In this document: positions 46,195 to 58,189 of the stretch, in pieces | How positions within the stretch are numbered: the stretch's first letter is position 1 | Layout of the letters: the number at the start of each line of letters is the position of its first letter | NCBI GenBank assembly: GCA_001275005.1 | Contig: JWZX01003208.1 | Location: 1 to 62,309, forward strand | DNA: 62,309 nt | Direction of reading: 5' to 3' | Origin: Chrysochromulina tobinii | Taxonomy: Eukaryota | The notes under the pieces: model-generated | Databases searched by the model: none | Seen by the model: only the letters and a program-made list of their open reading frames with translations | What the model was told of the DNA's origin: nothing | Translations under genes and position numbers: made by a program

Positions 46195-49100
46195 TCATTG
46201 TTGGATGAACTTGCGATGGCTATCGAAGGCGACGCGCTTGAAGAGCTCGATCGTGCCGGTCGCCTCAAGGATCGGGATGCCGTAGCCGGCGGCGGTGACC
46301 GTCCCGATGGAGTCGAAGGCCGTCACGATGCCGTCGATGAGCGGAAAGTGCCCGTTCGTCATCACGGGCGAGTGCAGCCCCTTCTTGCTCGCAGTGGCCA
46401 TCTTGGTCACGGCGGAGGGCATGGCCGCGCCGGTGGTCGATGAGAGCCACAAGGTGTCGCCCAGCTCAATCTCGCCCGCCGTCTTGAGGGTGGCGCAGCA
46501 GGACGGGCCAACCGGCACGTGGTGCTCCTCAGTGAGGGTTACATTGCGGCCGGCAGCCGTCGAGAGCACGAGGAACGTCGACACCGCGTCCTCGTCGGCG
46601 AGCGAGAGAGCGCTCACGGTATCGGTGGTCAGGACGCCCTCAGCCGTGGCCACGACGATCTCGTCGCCCACCTGCACAGCATCGAGCGAGCGCTTGGCGC
46701 CACTAGCCAGCACGACGGTGGCCGAGGAGGGGAAGCAGGGTAGCCCGTCGCTGTTCTCCTTTACCGACTCATAGGTGACGATGGATGCTGTGGACACGCT
46801 GCCTCCAGTGAGAACTACGATCTGGACGCCGGGCACGGAGGCGAAGGCAGCTTGCAAATTGCCTAGACTCAGGTCGGCAGTGTTCATGGCGGTCTGCGCG
46901 GTGGCTGCGGCCTCCTGGCTGCCAAAGCTTTGCGAGAAGCGGAGGGTCGATGTGGCCTGGGTTGATAGGCGCCGTCGATACGCGGCGCCGGTGGCATCAT
47001 CAACGATGGTCAGAGTCCGCGTGGGTGCGCCCGCACCGAGGGGGAATGCGCCGTTGAAGGCTGCGAGGAGGGCGGGCTTGCTGCTCGCCAGCGTGAGCGC
47101 TTGTGCCTGCACACTCGTGCTGACCTCAACGATGTACCGAACGACCTCGACTTGGCCTGCTCCGATGGTCGGCGGCCGCGCTGGCGGCGAGGGCGGCGGC
47201 GGCGAGGGCGAGGGCGGCGGCGGCGAGGGCGGCGGCGGTGAGGGTGAGGGCGGCGGCGGAGAGGGCGCCGGCGGTGGCGAGGGCGAGGGCGGGGGCGGCG
47301 AGGGCGCGGGGGGCGGCGAGGGCGCTGGGGGCGGCGAGGGCGAGGGCGGGGGCGGCGAGGGCGCGGGCGACAGTGTTGCACACGTCGTTCCGAATGCAGC
47401 GCCGCACGTACACACGCCGCCGTTGCATGTATCGAGGCCGTTACATGCGAGTCCGGGGCACTCGTGCGGTGAGCAAAGCAGGAACAGCGCCAGCTCGGGG
47501 CACTGGATGCTACCGGTAAAGCCGAGGGAGCTCGGTGGCGTGACGAAAGCCCCAGGGCTCGGGCAGGTGAGCCAATGCTCTACGCCACTGGCGGCGAGCA
47601 CCCTCAGCTGCAGTGCGCCTGCGGAGCAGCGGGTGACGTGGCAGGCGCTTCGGACGGGCTCGCTGGTGCGATAGTTGTTGATGACTTGCGAGAGCGAGCT
47701 ATTGACGCAGCGCCCGCCAGTGCCAAAGGTCTCTCCGCGAAAGTTCTGCGAGCTCGAGGGCGCATTCGGCGTCTCGTCACACTCGCCATTCGAATAGCTC
47801 CGAAAGATGGGGCAGTAGTCGGACACGGCTATCGAACCGCCTAGGCTCGGGTTGGCGCTGAAGTACTGATAACCCACGGGCAGCGCAGAATTGTACGTGA
47901 CGAGATTGCACTGGCCGCGTGCGGCGTGGTCGGCCGTGCACCTGTCATCAGAGGTTATCGGCGGTTATGAGCGGTCATGAGCGGTCATGAGCGGTGATCA
48001 GTGGTCATCAGTGGGGTCGGCCGCATGCACCCGTCTTGTTGAGCCACGTTGCAGAAGCCGTCCTGTGCTACGCCGCTGCTGTCGATGCACCGCTCCGTCG
48101 CCCACGCACAGCCCGCATTCCGGCCGTATACGAGTGGCTCCGCCATGCTCCAGTTGGCACGGTACCTGCGCGAGGGGAGGTAGCCATCAGAGGTAGCCAT
48201 CAGAGGTAGCCATCAGAGGTAGCCATCAGAGGTAGCCATCAGAGGTACTGTGGCTCTAAGGGGCAGCCTTCAGAGGCATCGAGCAGAGTCATCGGGGAGA
48301 GAGGCAATGAGAAGAGTCATTGGGGAGAGAGGTAATGAGAAGAGTCATAGGGGAGAGAGGCAATGAGAAGAGTCATAGGGGAGAGAGGCAATGAGAAGAG
48401 TCATCGGGGAGAGAGGTAATGAGATGAGTCTTCGGGGAGAGAGGTAATGAGACCCCTTCGGCGTGCGGGGGCGGTAATGAGGTAATGAAAGGTAATGAGA
48501 GGTAATGAGAGGTAATGAGAGGTAATGAGAGGTAATGAGAGGTAATGAGAGGTAATGAGAGGTAATGAGACCCCTTCGGCGTGCGGAGGCGGCGCGCACC
48601 AGCCGCTGTCCTCGAGGGCTGCGAGCGTGAGCGCCGAAATGAAAGAGTTATGCGACGCCGTCGACGCCATCATCTCTTGTGGGAAGAGCCGTTGCTCCCA
48701 GTGGGAACCGAAGCAGCTGCCGCTTGTGGTGGGCTGGTTCTCGAGCTCTGGGCCTTCGAGTGTGCTGCAGCCGAGGAGGTCGCGCGCAACCGCGACTACC
48801 TTGGGCGTGACCATGCGGTTCACGATCACGCCGCGCTCCTGCCTGACCAGAAGCGTGCTCGCGCTGGGCGCCCTCACAGTGCGGGTCACACCGTCGGTGC
48901 ACAGGGTTGGCGTGAGCGCAGGCAGACCGTCCGCCCCGCGCGGTGTGCGCGGGGTGCCATCCTGGTGGCGGAAGAGCGCCCAGGAATCCGTCGAAAAGCC
49001 GAGCGCGTGCAGGAGCTCGTGCACCTGATGAGGATGGTCATCAGAGGTCATCAGTTGGTCTTCAGAGGTCATCATCAGTTGGTCATCAGAGGTCATCAGA

Positions 49101-49847
49101 GGTCATCAGAGGCACAGGCTCGTGCACCGCAGTACTCAGTTGGTCTTCCCACGCGCTCGAACTCGACGAGAGCGCCACCGGACAGAAGTTTGCCTGACCC
49201 ATGATCGGTCGATCGTATTGATCGCGCACACACGTGGAGGCGTACGCGAGCGTGCCATCGCCGGCCGACGCCGGGCAGCTGCCCGTGGTCGCCGACGTGA
49301 CATACAAGACAAAGTCTGCGTTGCTCACGCCTGTGCCGTTGGCCGAAGTGGTGCAACTCGACGGATTGCACGTGCCGTCTGCGTTGCACGAACTGCAGGT
49401 CTGCAGACTGTTGAGCAGATAGTCGGCCACGGCCGCCGACGTCCCGTCCGGCATGTAGCCGCAACGCACTGGCTGGCCCACGCTCGCGCATGGCGAGCCA
49501 GCCACCTGCCATGTCGAACCGCAGTTGCGATTGACACGCAGCGGTCCCTGCACACGCACGACTGACAACGCTCGAGAGAGCACCGAGACGGCCGCGGGCA
49601 CAAGCGTGTTCATCAAGAAAGATTGCCTGGCGCTATCGAGCGCCGCTAGGTTCTGCGTGATGACGTGAATGCGGATGGGCTCGTAGCTGTTGCTCGTCGT
49701 CCGCCGGCCGTGGCCTGTGGGCTCGTAGTACTCCTGCGCTGCAAAGTTGTATGGAGGTGCTGGAATCTCGTCGTGTGCGCAGTGATGATTGTGATGGCGG
49801 CCGCATGCCACGCTCAGCATCAGGAATATTAAGAAGACTGCTTCCAT
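46195..49847 (-). CDS. Secreted leishmanolysin (peptidase M8) + Cys-rich + Pro-rich stalk + C-terminal Hog-type Hint domain; introns 49025-49127, 48166-48599, 47942-48030
   Basis: Signal peptide; HCAHD; RDQYDRP; HELLHALGF; SHWEQR; LEDSGWY; DYCP; (SPPPP)n; Hint CFP...VQVGD...LTEEH...GLHSP...DG. Confidence 0.9.
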
Positions 49848-49885
49848 GGAAAAGGCGTGTGCTTTCTATTGCTTTGTCGTTATTA

Positions 49886-50700
49886 GAGACGAGTTCATCT
49901 CTCTCTCGAGATTGGCCGTGACTCACAAACGGTAAAAAGACACCGGGGGGAGCCGGGACAAACGGTACCGTGAAGTCTCACAAACGGTGCCGTGAAGTCT
50001 CACAAACGGTACCGTGAAGTCTCACGAGCGGTACCGTGAAGTCTCACAAACGGTACCGCCGCAAAGTCTCACAAACGGTACCGCGAAGTCTCACAAACGG
50101 TACCGTGAAGTCTCACAAACGGTACCGTGAAGTCTCACAAACGGTACCGTGAAGTCTCACAAGCGGTACCGTGAAGTCTCACAAACGGTACCGTGAAGTC
50201 TCAAAGCGGTACCGTGAAGTCTCACAAACGGTACCGTGAAGTCTCACAAACAATAACCGCGATACGGTAGTGGTCGAACTCATGTCTCACACACGGTAGT
50301 GGCCAAGTCTCACAAACGGTAGTGGTCGAACTCATGTCTCACAAACGGTAGTGGCCAAGTCTCACAAACGGTAGTGGTCGAACTCAAGTCTCACAAACGG
50401 TAGTGGCGAAAAGAACTCATGAAGTCTCACAAATGGTAGTGGTCGAACTAAAATCTCACAAATGGTCGTGGCCAAAAGAACCCAAGTCTCACAAACGTTC
50501 GCCGAAGTCTCACAAACTGAACCGGGAACTGGAGGACCGTGAAGTCTCACAAACGGTACCGCGCGTCTTTAGAAACTGCTTACCCGAAGTCTCACAAACG
50601 GTAGTGGTCGAACTGCGAAGTCTCACAAACGGTAGTGTTCGAACTCAAGTCTCACAAACGGAAGTGACGAACTGCGAAGTCTCACAAACGAACTCGTCTC
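49886..50700. mobile_element. Putative non-autonomous DNA transposon (MITE-like): 11-bp terminal inverted repeats around a satellite
   Basis: GAGACGAGTTC (49886-49896) and GAACTCGTCTC (50690-50700); no clean target-site duplication. Confidence 0.55.
49920..50690. repeat. Minisatellite, core GTCTCACAAACGGTA, about 29 copies (22-nt period in the first half)
   Basis: gtctcacaaacggtaccgtgaa units grading into ...gtggtcgaactc variants. Confidence 0.95.
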
Positions 50701-51289
50701 ATTGGGGTTACATGCACATGAACCATAGACGCGACAACCGGTGCTACGGCACTGTTACTGCCCGCTCAGGATACACACCCCCCTTACATGACTAATTACA
50801 TGACCCCATACGAGACACGGAGCATGCGCGAGCTTGCGGCATTGAGGCCCTTGCATTGAGGATAGTTTGTAGCGAATCCAGAAGGAAACAAGGAAACCTC
50901 CCCCTAACCGGGCGCCCCTCTGGCGCCCCTACCGCTACCCCTTTGGGTCAACCTCAACGGGGTAAGTTCGGGACAGAACAGAATGAGAAAGCGATTTGAG
51001 CGGCGTTCATGACTTAACACAAGCTAGAAGCTACCATACCAATTCGGGCTGGACACGCCCTGAATTGCTCTTTAATTGCTCTTTTTGGAAGGCGGACGAG
51101 TTCACACCTAACCTGTAGTTAACCTGTAGTCCCCAAATTTCGCACTTAGGAAGAGCGTCAAATGGTCCTCATATTTCTTGCTGCCTCAGCTTGTGCCTGT
51201 GCCTACTTACGTTCTCTACCTGTCTGCCTGCCATGAATCATGGGCCATCTGCCTGCCTGGGCATAGTGCGCCTCACATAGCGCATCGTG

Positions 51290-52522
51290 TCACTTTCGGA
51301 AGGTGTTCGCGGCGCGGTGACGACGAAACACTTGGCGACCCAGGAACTCCTCAAACGGCGCCGTCACCTGGTGCATCCGATCAGCAAATGACGTCACTTG
51401 AGGTGAAGCCGACCGGTTCCATTTATACGCATGGTAGAGCATCGGACGGTCGAGCCTTTGCAGTACGGCATCTTGCACGCCGCTGTCGCTCTTGTACGAG
51501 GCTATCCATCGGCTCCGCGCCCGAAATATTTCCTGGCTCGACCAAGCTGGAGCCGACGGGTTAAGATCTACTGCCAGTCCCGAGGATATTCGACTTGCAG
51601 TGTGAAACAGGTGCAGCCGGTCGTGATCAAAGAGCGATCTCATGGTGCACCAGGAGTTCATAGCACAGACAGAACCCGCGCGCATCTCGCAGAACATAGC
51701 TGCCTGTGGCTGCTGCGATAACTTGAGCATGGCACCGAGCAGGCGATGCGTGAGTCTATAGACTTCTGTGACGCAACGATGCACAAACGTGTGATTGACG
51801 ATCCTCAAGCTGCGCTTCTTCCGATGAACCCAGTTGCGCACAGCCCAACTTGGGTTGGCACAGAGCAAATCATGGTTGTAGAGCCGGCGGCTATCGAAGG
51901 AATAGATGTCCTTGCCGATGAGAGGTGGGGAACGTCTGGAGGGGTTGATTACGTCCACCGCGTCCGATACGTTAAAGGGTTCATGCAGAGCACTCCACGC
52001 TGACAGGACAGTGGTAATGTCGCCCGTCCACACGACATCCCACTCCAGAAACCAGAAGAACTGGACGTGCTGAAGCGCGCTGCCAATACGACTATACCAG
52101 AGAAGGTACGGCGCGTCGCAGCTGTGCCAACACCATCCTCGCTCCCCGATTTCCAGGGGGTGCGTCTTGCAGCGGGTCCTCTTTTGGTTCTCACCTAGGG
52201 CACAATATGTCTGATTGTATGTCCCGGGTGCTCCACCATAATCGCCATCGAAGACGAGTCGAAGTTTCGAAAATGCTGGCAAAGCTCTCACCACATCGGT
52301 TGCGTTGGAGCATGTCACGTTGTCAACAAGCGGCCTGGCTTTCTGCAGCAGGGTCGAACATGGTTCCGAGTCGCCACACGAGGACAATACGACGTGGTGC
52401 TCGGCGAACGACGAACGCAAAATCTGTTCGCGGGCAAGCAGCAGCATGGGCTTCATCACGAGCGTGTGAGTCCACTGCACTATTGCGAGAGGTGCCGTGG
52501 CTGACGGCTGTGACGCCACCAT
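51290..52522 (-). CDS. Hypothetical protein, possibly glycosyltransferase-like
   Basis: Long intronless ORF; FFWFLEWDVVWTGD (ExD motif), FCEM, LYHAYK; visibly lower GC than neighbours. Confidence 0.55.
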   Translation of the reverse strand: MVASQPSATAPLAIVQWTHTLVMKPMLLLAREQILRSSFAEHHVVLSSCGDSEPCSTLLQKARPLVDNVTCSNATDVVRALPAFSKLRLVFDGDYGGAPGTYNQTYCALGENQKRTRCKTHPLEIGERGWCWHSCDAPYLLWYSRIGSALQHVQFFWFLEWDVVWTGDITTVLSAWSALHEPFNVSDAVDVINPSRRSPPLIGKDIYSFDSRRLYNHDLLCANPSWAVRNWVHRKKRSLRIVNHTFVHRCVTEVYRLTHRLLGAMLKLSQQPQAAMFCEMRAGSVCAMNSWCTMRSLFDHDRLHLFHTASRISSGLAVDLNPSAPAWSSQEIFRARSRWIASYKSDSGVQDAVLQRLDRPMLYHAYKWNRSASPQVTSFADRMHQVTAPFEEFLGRQVFRRHRAANTFRK

Positions 52523-53348
52523 GATAGCTCGCGCCGCAACAGCTCGACAGACCGCGGGGCTTGTGCTCTGTGCGGACACACAAATCGACGACTTGTGTCG
52601 GCACCGAAGTGCCGCGGACCGCGGTCGGTGTCTGCCCGCAAGACGGCGTGCGTTCCTCTTTGCCGCAAACCGTCCTAAAAGTCGGCAGTCGGTTGGTACC
52701 GGTAAAAAGACACTGGGGGGAGCAACCGGTACTGTACCGGTACAGGCTAGACTGTGACCACGATGTGCGCGTGAAACCGTGAATACACAGGGTCCCCGCT
52801 TTTTTCAGATCCTCGTGTCGCCATCCGCGGGCAGGGTGATGTGACGAATCACGATCGAGGTGTTCGAAATCAAGCAGTCTTTTATCGCTGTTCACTCCAC
52901 ACATCTTTGCCACAATCCCGTGAAATAGCCCCGTAATAGCCGCTCGGCTTCATCAGCAGAATGTGTTGAGAGCGCGTCCTCACAACCAGCCGGCCGCCGC
53001 GCATCCCACAGGCGGCGCGAAAACTGGCAGGAGCCACTCGCACGCGTCCATGCCGTGTAGGGCGCCACGCTCGCGCCCGGCCCCTTAAGTACTTCTGCCC
53101 TCGGGCCGCCCATCTGCATCGCATCTCGCCAAATCTGGCCCCTGACCTCCATCCCTGTGAACCCTGCTGTGCCTCGATCCAACACCTAGTGCGCACCGCG
53201 GGCAAGCCGCGGCGCACTGCCGCTGCGCCTCTGTCTCAGCACCTCTCACTTGTACATGCAACGAAACTCCAGCAAGCCGAAGGCTCCGCTGTGCGACTTG
53301 CCCGAGAGTTGGCAAGACCATGTGATGAACAATTGATAGTACGCATCA

Positions 53349-54908
53349 TCATTGCACTGAGAGGACCTGATCCATCAGCTCGGAGCGGAGGGAGGCGCGG
53401 CCGCACTTGAGCTTCTCCATGCCCGATGAAAGCGGCGAGAGGTCCTTGTTTGCGCCTCCCTTGTTGCCCTTCTTGCCCCTCTTGCCCCCCTTTTGCTTCA
53501 CCACCTCGGCGATGACGCCCTTCAATTTAGGCTCTTGCTTGGCAGACATGGACTTGGTGAGCTGGAAGTGCGCGGCGAGCCACTCGTTCTCCTCGGGCGG
53601 AGGTTGGGGCGAGGTCGACTCCGCGCCCTCGCGGGACTCTCGGTTGCGGCGGCGCTTCTCACGGCCGCTGGGCGTCTCCTCGGTGGCATTGGCTGCGGCC
53701 TTCTCCCACTTGAACGCGCCCGACATGGCGCCCGTCGCCCCGGTGGCAACGACGTGCAGCAGCCCCGGCTCGGGCACATTCGCAAGCAGTAGAGGCGACG
53801 GTGGCTCGGAGTCGCTCACCGAGAAGGTGGGCGTCGCTGGCTCGGAGGCCACGAGCGACGATGGCTCCGAATCATGTGGAGTACGTTTGGTTGACGACAC
53901 TGGCGGTTCGACCTTGGACCCAGCCTTGTCGGCCTTTGCCAAGTTTCGCCGGTCGGACCGGCCGCGTGCCACCGCCTGCAGGCGCGCGGCGGCGTGGTAG
54001 TCGAGCTCGACGTCCCGAAACTCATGCAGGTCCACGACGTCCTCGTCGTCCACGGCGAGCGCGGCGGCCGTGTGCGCCTGCAGCCAGCGCTCCTGGACCG
54101 CAACCGTCGCGTCGGAGTCTGGGGAGGGGCTCGTGCGCGAGCCGAGCTTGTCCAGGTCGAGGACCCGTTCGGGGCACTTGGACAGGTCCAGAGTGGGCAC
54201 CGCGGGCTTCGACGAGTGCACGTTGGGCACGATGACAATCTCGGAGACAATCTCGGATAGATCCTGCTCGAGATTCTTGAACGCGCTCCCGAGACCCGCC
54301 TCGTTCTTCGTGAGCCTTGAGCCTGCGACATTTGCGAGGGATGCCTGCGGGCTGCCCCAAAAGCGCTCCTGCGCCTTCGAGACGGGTACGAAATGCTGTG
54401 GGCTGCGCTCGTGCGTCTTCTTGGGGAAGCGCGAATACTCGGACGAAGAGGGCGAGCCAGCCCTCGGCGGTTCCATCGCTCCGTGCGCTGCGAGCGCGGC
54501 GCACAGGGCCTCACGCATGTGCGGCACGCCGGATTGCTTTGCGAAGTCATTCACGAGCACGGTGAGCTTGGGGTCCATGGGCTTCACAGCTTGGGCCGCC
54601 GACTTTGGACACGGCGCAGCCACAGCCTTCGCGTCCTTTGCGACCTCTGCCTTGCGCATCGTGAGCGCCAGCGCGATCACGCGAATCGCCACCGCATCCG
54701 CCTCGGCCAAGTCGGCTGCAGTGGGCGCCTCACTTGGCCAAGTCTTCACATCAATTCTCACATCCTGAGGTTTGGACTTGAGCTTCTCGTCGGACAGCCC
54801 GATGGCAATCTTGGTAGGCGGAACTGTGGCGACCTCCTCGCCCGAGGCAGGGATGGGCTTGGTGTCAGTGGCGGCATCGGCCGACTTTTTGGACGAGCAG
54901 GCTCCCAT
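53349..54908 (-). CDS. N-acylated (MGAC) low-complexity protein with IQ motif
   Basis: MGACSSKK myristoylation/palmitoylation motif; AAARLQAVARGRSDRR. Confidence 0.7.
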   Translation of the reverse strand: MGACSSKKSADAATDTKPIPASGEEVATVPPTKIAIGLSDEKLKSKPQDVRIDVKTWPSEAPTAADLAEADAVAIRVIALALTMRKAEVAKDAKAVAAPCPKSAAQAVKPMDPKLTVLVNDFAKQSGVPHMREALCAALAAHGAMEPPRAGSPSSSEYSRFPKKTHERSPQHFVPVSKAQERFWGSPQASLANVAGSRLTKNEAGLGSAFKNLEQDLSEIVSEIVIVPNVHSSKPAVPTLDLSKCPERVLDLDKLGSRTSPSPDSDATVAVQERWLQAHTAAALAVDDEDVVDLHEFRDVELDYHAAARLQAVARGRSDRRNLAKADKAGSKVEPPVSSTKRTPHDSEPSSLVASEPATPTFSVSDSEPPSPLLLANVPEPGLLHVVATGATGAMSGAFKWEKAAANATEETPSGREKRRRNRESREGAESTSPQPPPEENEWLAAHFQLTKSMSAKQEPKLKGVIAEVVKQKGGKRGKKGNKGGANKDLSPLSSGMEKLKCGRASLRSELMDQVLSVQ

Positions 54909-55421
54909 ATTGGAGATTGGGCGACGCAAAAGGGAGAACCTCCGGTCGGGGTCGATGGCTGATGCGGGAGAAGCGAAGGGCGACGAAGCCGGTTGCGAAG
55001 TGGAGATTTGACGACACCGAACTTCCCGAAAAAGCATGTCGGACGAAACACATTTGAGCCTCTCGCGAATTTGACGAATCGCTACTTCGGAAAAGGCAAG
55101 GAAACGGCGTGGAAACGGCCAAATGGAGTTCAACACCTTCCTGTTATCAGTGTGTAGACACTCCAGCACGTGTAAAAGGTCGTGTATGATCTCCGACAGC
55201 ACAAAAACGTTTCTTATCGTATTAGACTAAACCGAAAAGTATCGCGGTATCGGGTTTCGTGTCTGTTCGACCTCGAGTTCGACCCTTCCGCGGTGACGAG
55301 CCCGCGTGCTCGTACGTATCCAAAAATCCTCCAGGGGGAGCGCGGCTATTATCTAATCCATTACAGCACGGCATATTTTTAGTCCTCGGCTAGTTGGTTT
55401 CGACTCACAGTTGTACCCCAC

Positions 55422-56688
55422 CTACTCGGCGCTCAGCACGCGCCACGACGAGGACGCGGGTGGCATGGCCTGCGCCACGCGCTCCGCCGTCTTGGGCGCC
55501 GCGCCGTGCAAGATGAACAAGAAGAGATCCCACAGGCTCTCCGCGTCCGCCGAGGGCGCCGTCCCGAGCTGCGCGCCGCCGCCACCGCCGGTGGCGGCCG
55601 CGGTGGCGGCGGCAGCTCGACTGCTCGCGCGCACCTGATGAGGGAAGCAATAGTTGGTCATCATTGGTCATCAGTGGTCATCAGCACACCGCGCTCGACT
55701 GCTCGCGCGCACCTGATGAGGGACGCCATCAGAGGCAATCAGAGCTCTTCGGCCATGGCACTCAACGGCTCGAGCGCACCTCGGCAAATTCCTCCGAGGC
55801 TGCTAGGATGATGGCTCCGGTGGCGGTCACGGCAAAGGTGGAGACGAGGTAGACCGCGGCGATGTCGAGCTTGAGTAGCCCCTCGGGCAAGGTGCTCAGG
55901 CCCGTCAGGTAGCGCGAGGGGAAGGACCACACGCCCTGCTGCTGCCCCACGCAGTCGATGCACACCGTCCACATCCCCGGCGGCAGCCAACTCGACACAA
56001 ATAACCGCCAGTGCGAGCGGAGATAGCGAGCTCCCAGGTTCCAAACGACCGCGAACACGGGCGCGAAAAAGGTGGCGATGAGCCCGAGGCACTTGTGATG
56101 GTCCTCGTCGCCCGCAAGCGCCGCCAACCCCGCGAGCGTCATCGCCGCCAGCACGGCATTGCCCGCGGCGCGCACCGAATCGGCCATTGGCGCTGGCGTG
56201 CCGTCGGGCGCGGCGGTGAGAGTCCACTCAGACATCTTGAGTGTCCAGAGCGCGGCCTTGATGACGTGGTGGAAGAGCCACAGGATCTCCTCGAGCGGCA
56301 GCAGCGTCGCCGCACCCAGCCCGGTCACCTTCGCGGGATTGAAGGTCCAGATGCCAATCTGTGCCCCGACCGAATCCCAGACAAAGGCCTGACCGACGGC
56401 GATGGTGAGGATGAAGGCGAGGTAGGCGAAAGAGGCGGTGGTTTTCAGCGGGTCGCGCTCGTCGTTGAGCATCGTTGGCTTTCCGGCCGTGAGCAGCCAG
56501 AGCGTGGGCAAGAGCAGGAAGCCGTGCAGGTCCCAGTAGGAGAGCTCGAGGCCTCCACTCGCCACGAAGCCGGGGCCGTCCCAGCCGGACGAGCCGAATG
56601 CGACGCAGGTGGGTGGCAGCGTGCGCGGGGCCATGGACAAGCCGGCCGTGGCCATCGGCGCGAGCGAAGGAAATCTCAAGATGCGCAT
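55422..56688 (-). CDS. CrtYcd/CarR-type membrane lycopene cyclase domain protein; intron 55635-55779
   Basis: Two hydrophobic repeats: WDSVGAQIGIWTF...LPLEE and IDCVGQQQGVWSF. Confidence 0.7.
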
Positions 56689-56941
56689 CGCGCCGCCGTC
56701 GTCGAGCAAGAAAGATTCATCGCTTGCATGAGGAGAATCTCTCTAAAGAGCGACCTCTAATGAAGCGCGCATGTCTGCGGTGTTAAGCGACGAAAAGAAG
56801 GGTCGGCCTGCGGGTTGCTCGCGTGAGGCTGCAAGCGGCACCCCTGCGTTCCGCCTCTGTGAATTCACACTATTTCGGCCTTCGCCGCAAGCTCTTCGCC
56901 GCTGTCGCCGCCGCCGCCGCTGCCACTTTTTGAGCGCAGCC

Positions 56942-58189
56942 ATGTTCGGCATGCCTGGCGCGTCTCCGGAGCTCGTCTCCATGAGGGCTGGCAAGGCCAA
57001 CCTGGAGGGTACCACCGTCACGTCCGACCCGAGGAAAGGGTGCGCACCACGCCGCCTTCTGCACCTGCGCCTGCGCCTCCTGCGCGCCCGCTCGTGCGCG
57101 CGCATTGGGCCGTGGCGCGCTCATCGATTACCCGTGTGCTGTGCCGCGCAGCTTGCTCATAATGCGCAAGTCGGACGACGGCCTCACGCACCTCATCTGG
57201 AAGGACCGCGTCGCCAACTCGGTGGTGGACGACCTGATCGTCTTCGAAGGCGACGCAAAGATCCAGCGCGTGGAGGAGTGCAAGGACGGCTTCTGCATGC
57301 TCATCGCGTTCGCTGCGGGCGGCCGCAAGCTCTTCTTCTACTCCCAGGAGCCACGTAAGAAGGGGAGCGATTGGGAGGACGTGAGCAAAGAGAAGGACCT
57401 CATGGACAAGTTCCACAGGGTGCTTACGGGCGAGTCCGCGACGGCACGGGAGGGGACTGGTGCGCTCGGCATGACGCAGGCCGAGCTGCTTGCGATGCTC
57501 GGCGGCACCGTCGCCCCGCCAGCGCCCGCCGCGCCCGCCGCGCCCGCCTCCTCCGCCGCTCCCGCCGCTGCGGCGGGCGCGGCGCCCGCCTTCTCCGCCG
57601 ACGCGATCTCGAGCATCCTCGGGGGGCTGGGGCCCGCAGCAGGGCCGCCCGTCGCCCTCAACGACGTCCTACGCGCGGAGGACGTCGTGCCGAAGGTGGA
57701 TGAGGCGATGGAGGCGGCGCTCGCCGAGCACCTGCCCAGCGGAGACAGCGCGGCGGCGACGCTCTCGACGCCGCAGATGGCCCAGGTGCGAGATACGCCC
57801 GAGATCGCGCGAGATATGCCCCGCCCACGTGCACATGCACCTCCACTCCCCCTCCCCTGCCCAGCTCCCCGCTGTATACCCCCTCCCAGCCCGCGCCCTT
57901 CTCGCGCGACAAGGCGCCTTCTCGCCTCCTCGAGTGCCTCCGATGCGCGCCAGAGTGCCCTCCGAATGGCTCTGATTGGCCCTGATTGGCCCTGATGAAC
58001 GGCCAGGCGGCCATGCGCTTCAACGAGGCACTCTACCAAGGAGATGCGTTTGGCCTGATGCGCGAACTAAACCTCAATCCGACTGGACCGGGCCTTGAGC
58101 CCTTTCTGCGGGCGTTGCAGGCTTCCACGGACGCGGCGAAAGCGAAGGAGGAGGAGGAGGAGCCGGTCGACAAGATGGATGAGAGCTGA
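56942..58189 (+). CDS. RPN13: Proteasome ubiquitin receptor Rpn13/ADRM1; introns 57040-57151, 57786-58006
   Basis: Pru domain RAGK...DPRKG|LL...DGLTHLIWKDR...DDLIVF...FFYSQE; C-terminal HLP...LSTPQ...F..AL. Confidence 0.9.

Noticed and set aside
47170..47370. GGC-rich repeat as a mobile or structural element
   Set aside because: Encodes the (SPPPP)n stalk on the minus strand.
48166..48599. GAGGTAATGA arrays as telomeric repeats
   Set aside because: Not TTAGGG-like; confined within an intron.
49920..50690. CRISPR-like array
   Set aside because: Linkers are short and mostly repeated rather than unique spacers; no cas genes; eukaryotic context.
50403..50795. 130-aa ORF over the satellite
   Set aside because: Translation of the repeat; no coding evidence.
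52800..53340. Possible small gene between the two minus-strand ORFs
   Set aside because: Only short overlapping ORFs without motifs; cannot be supported.
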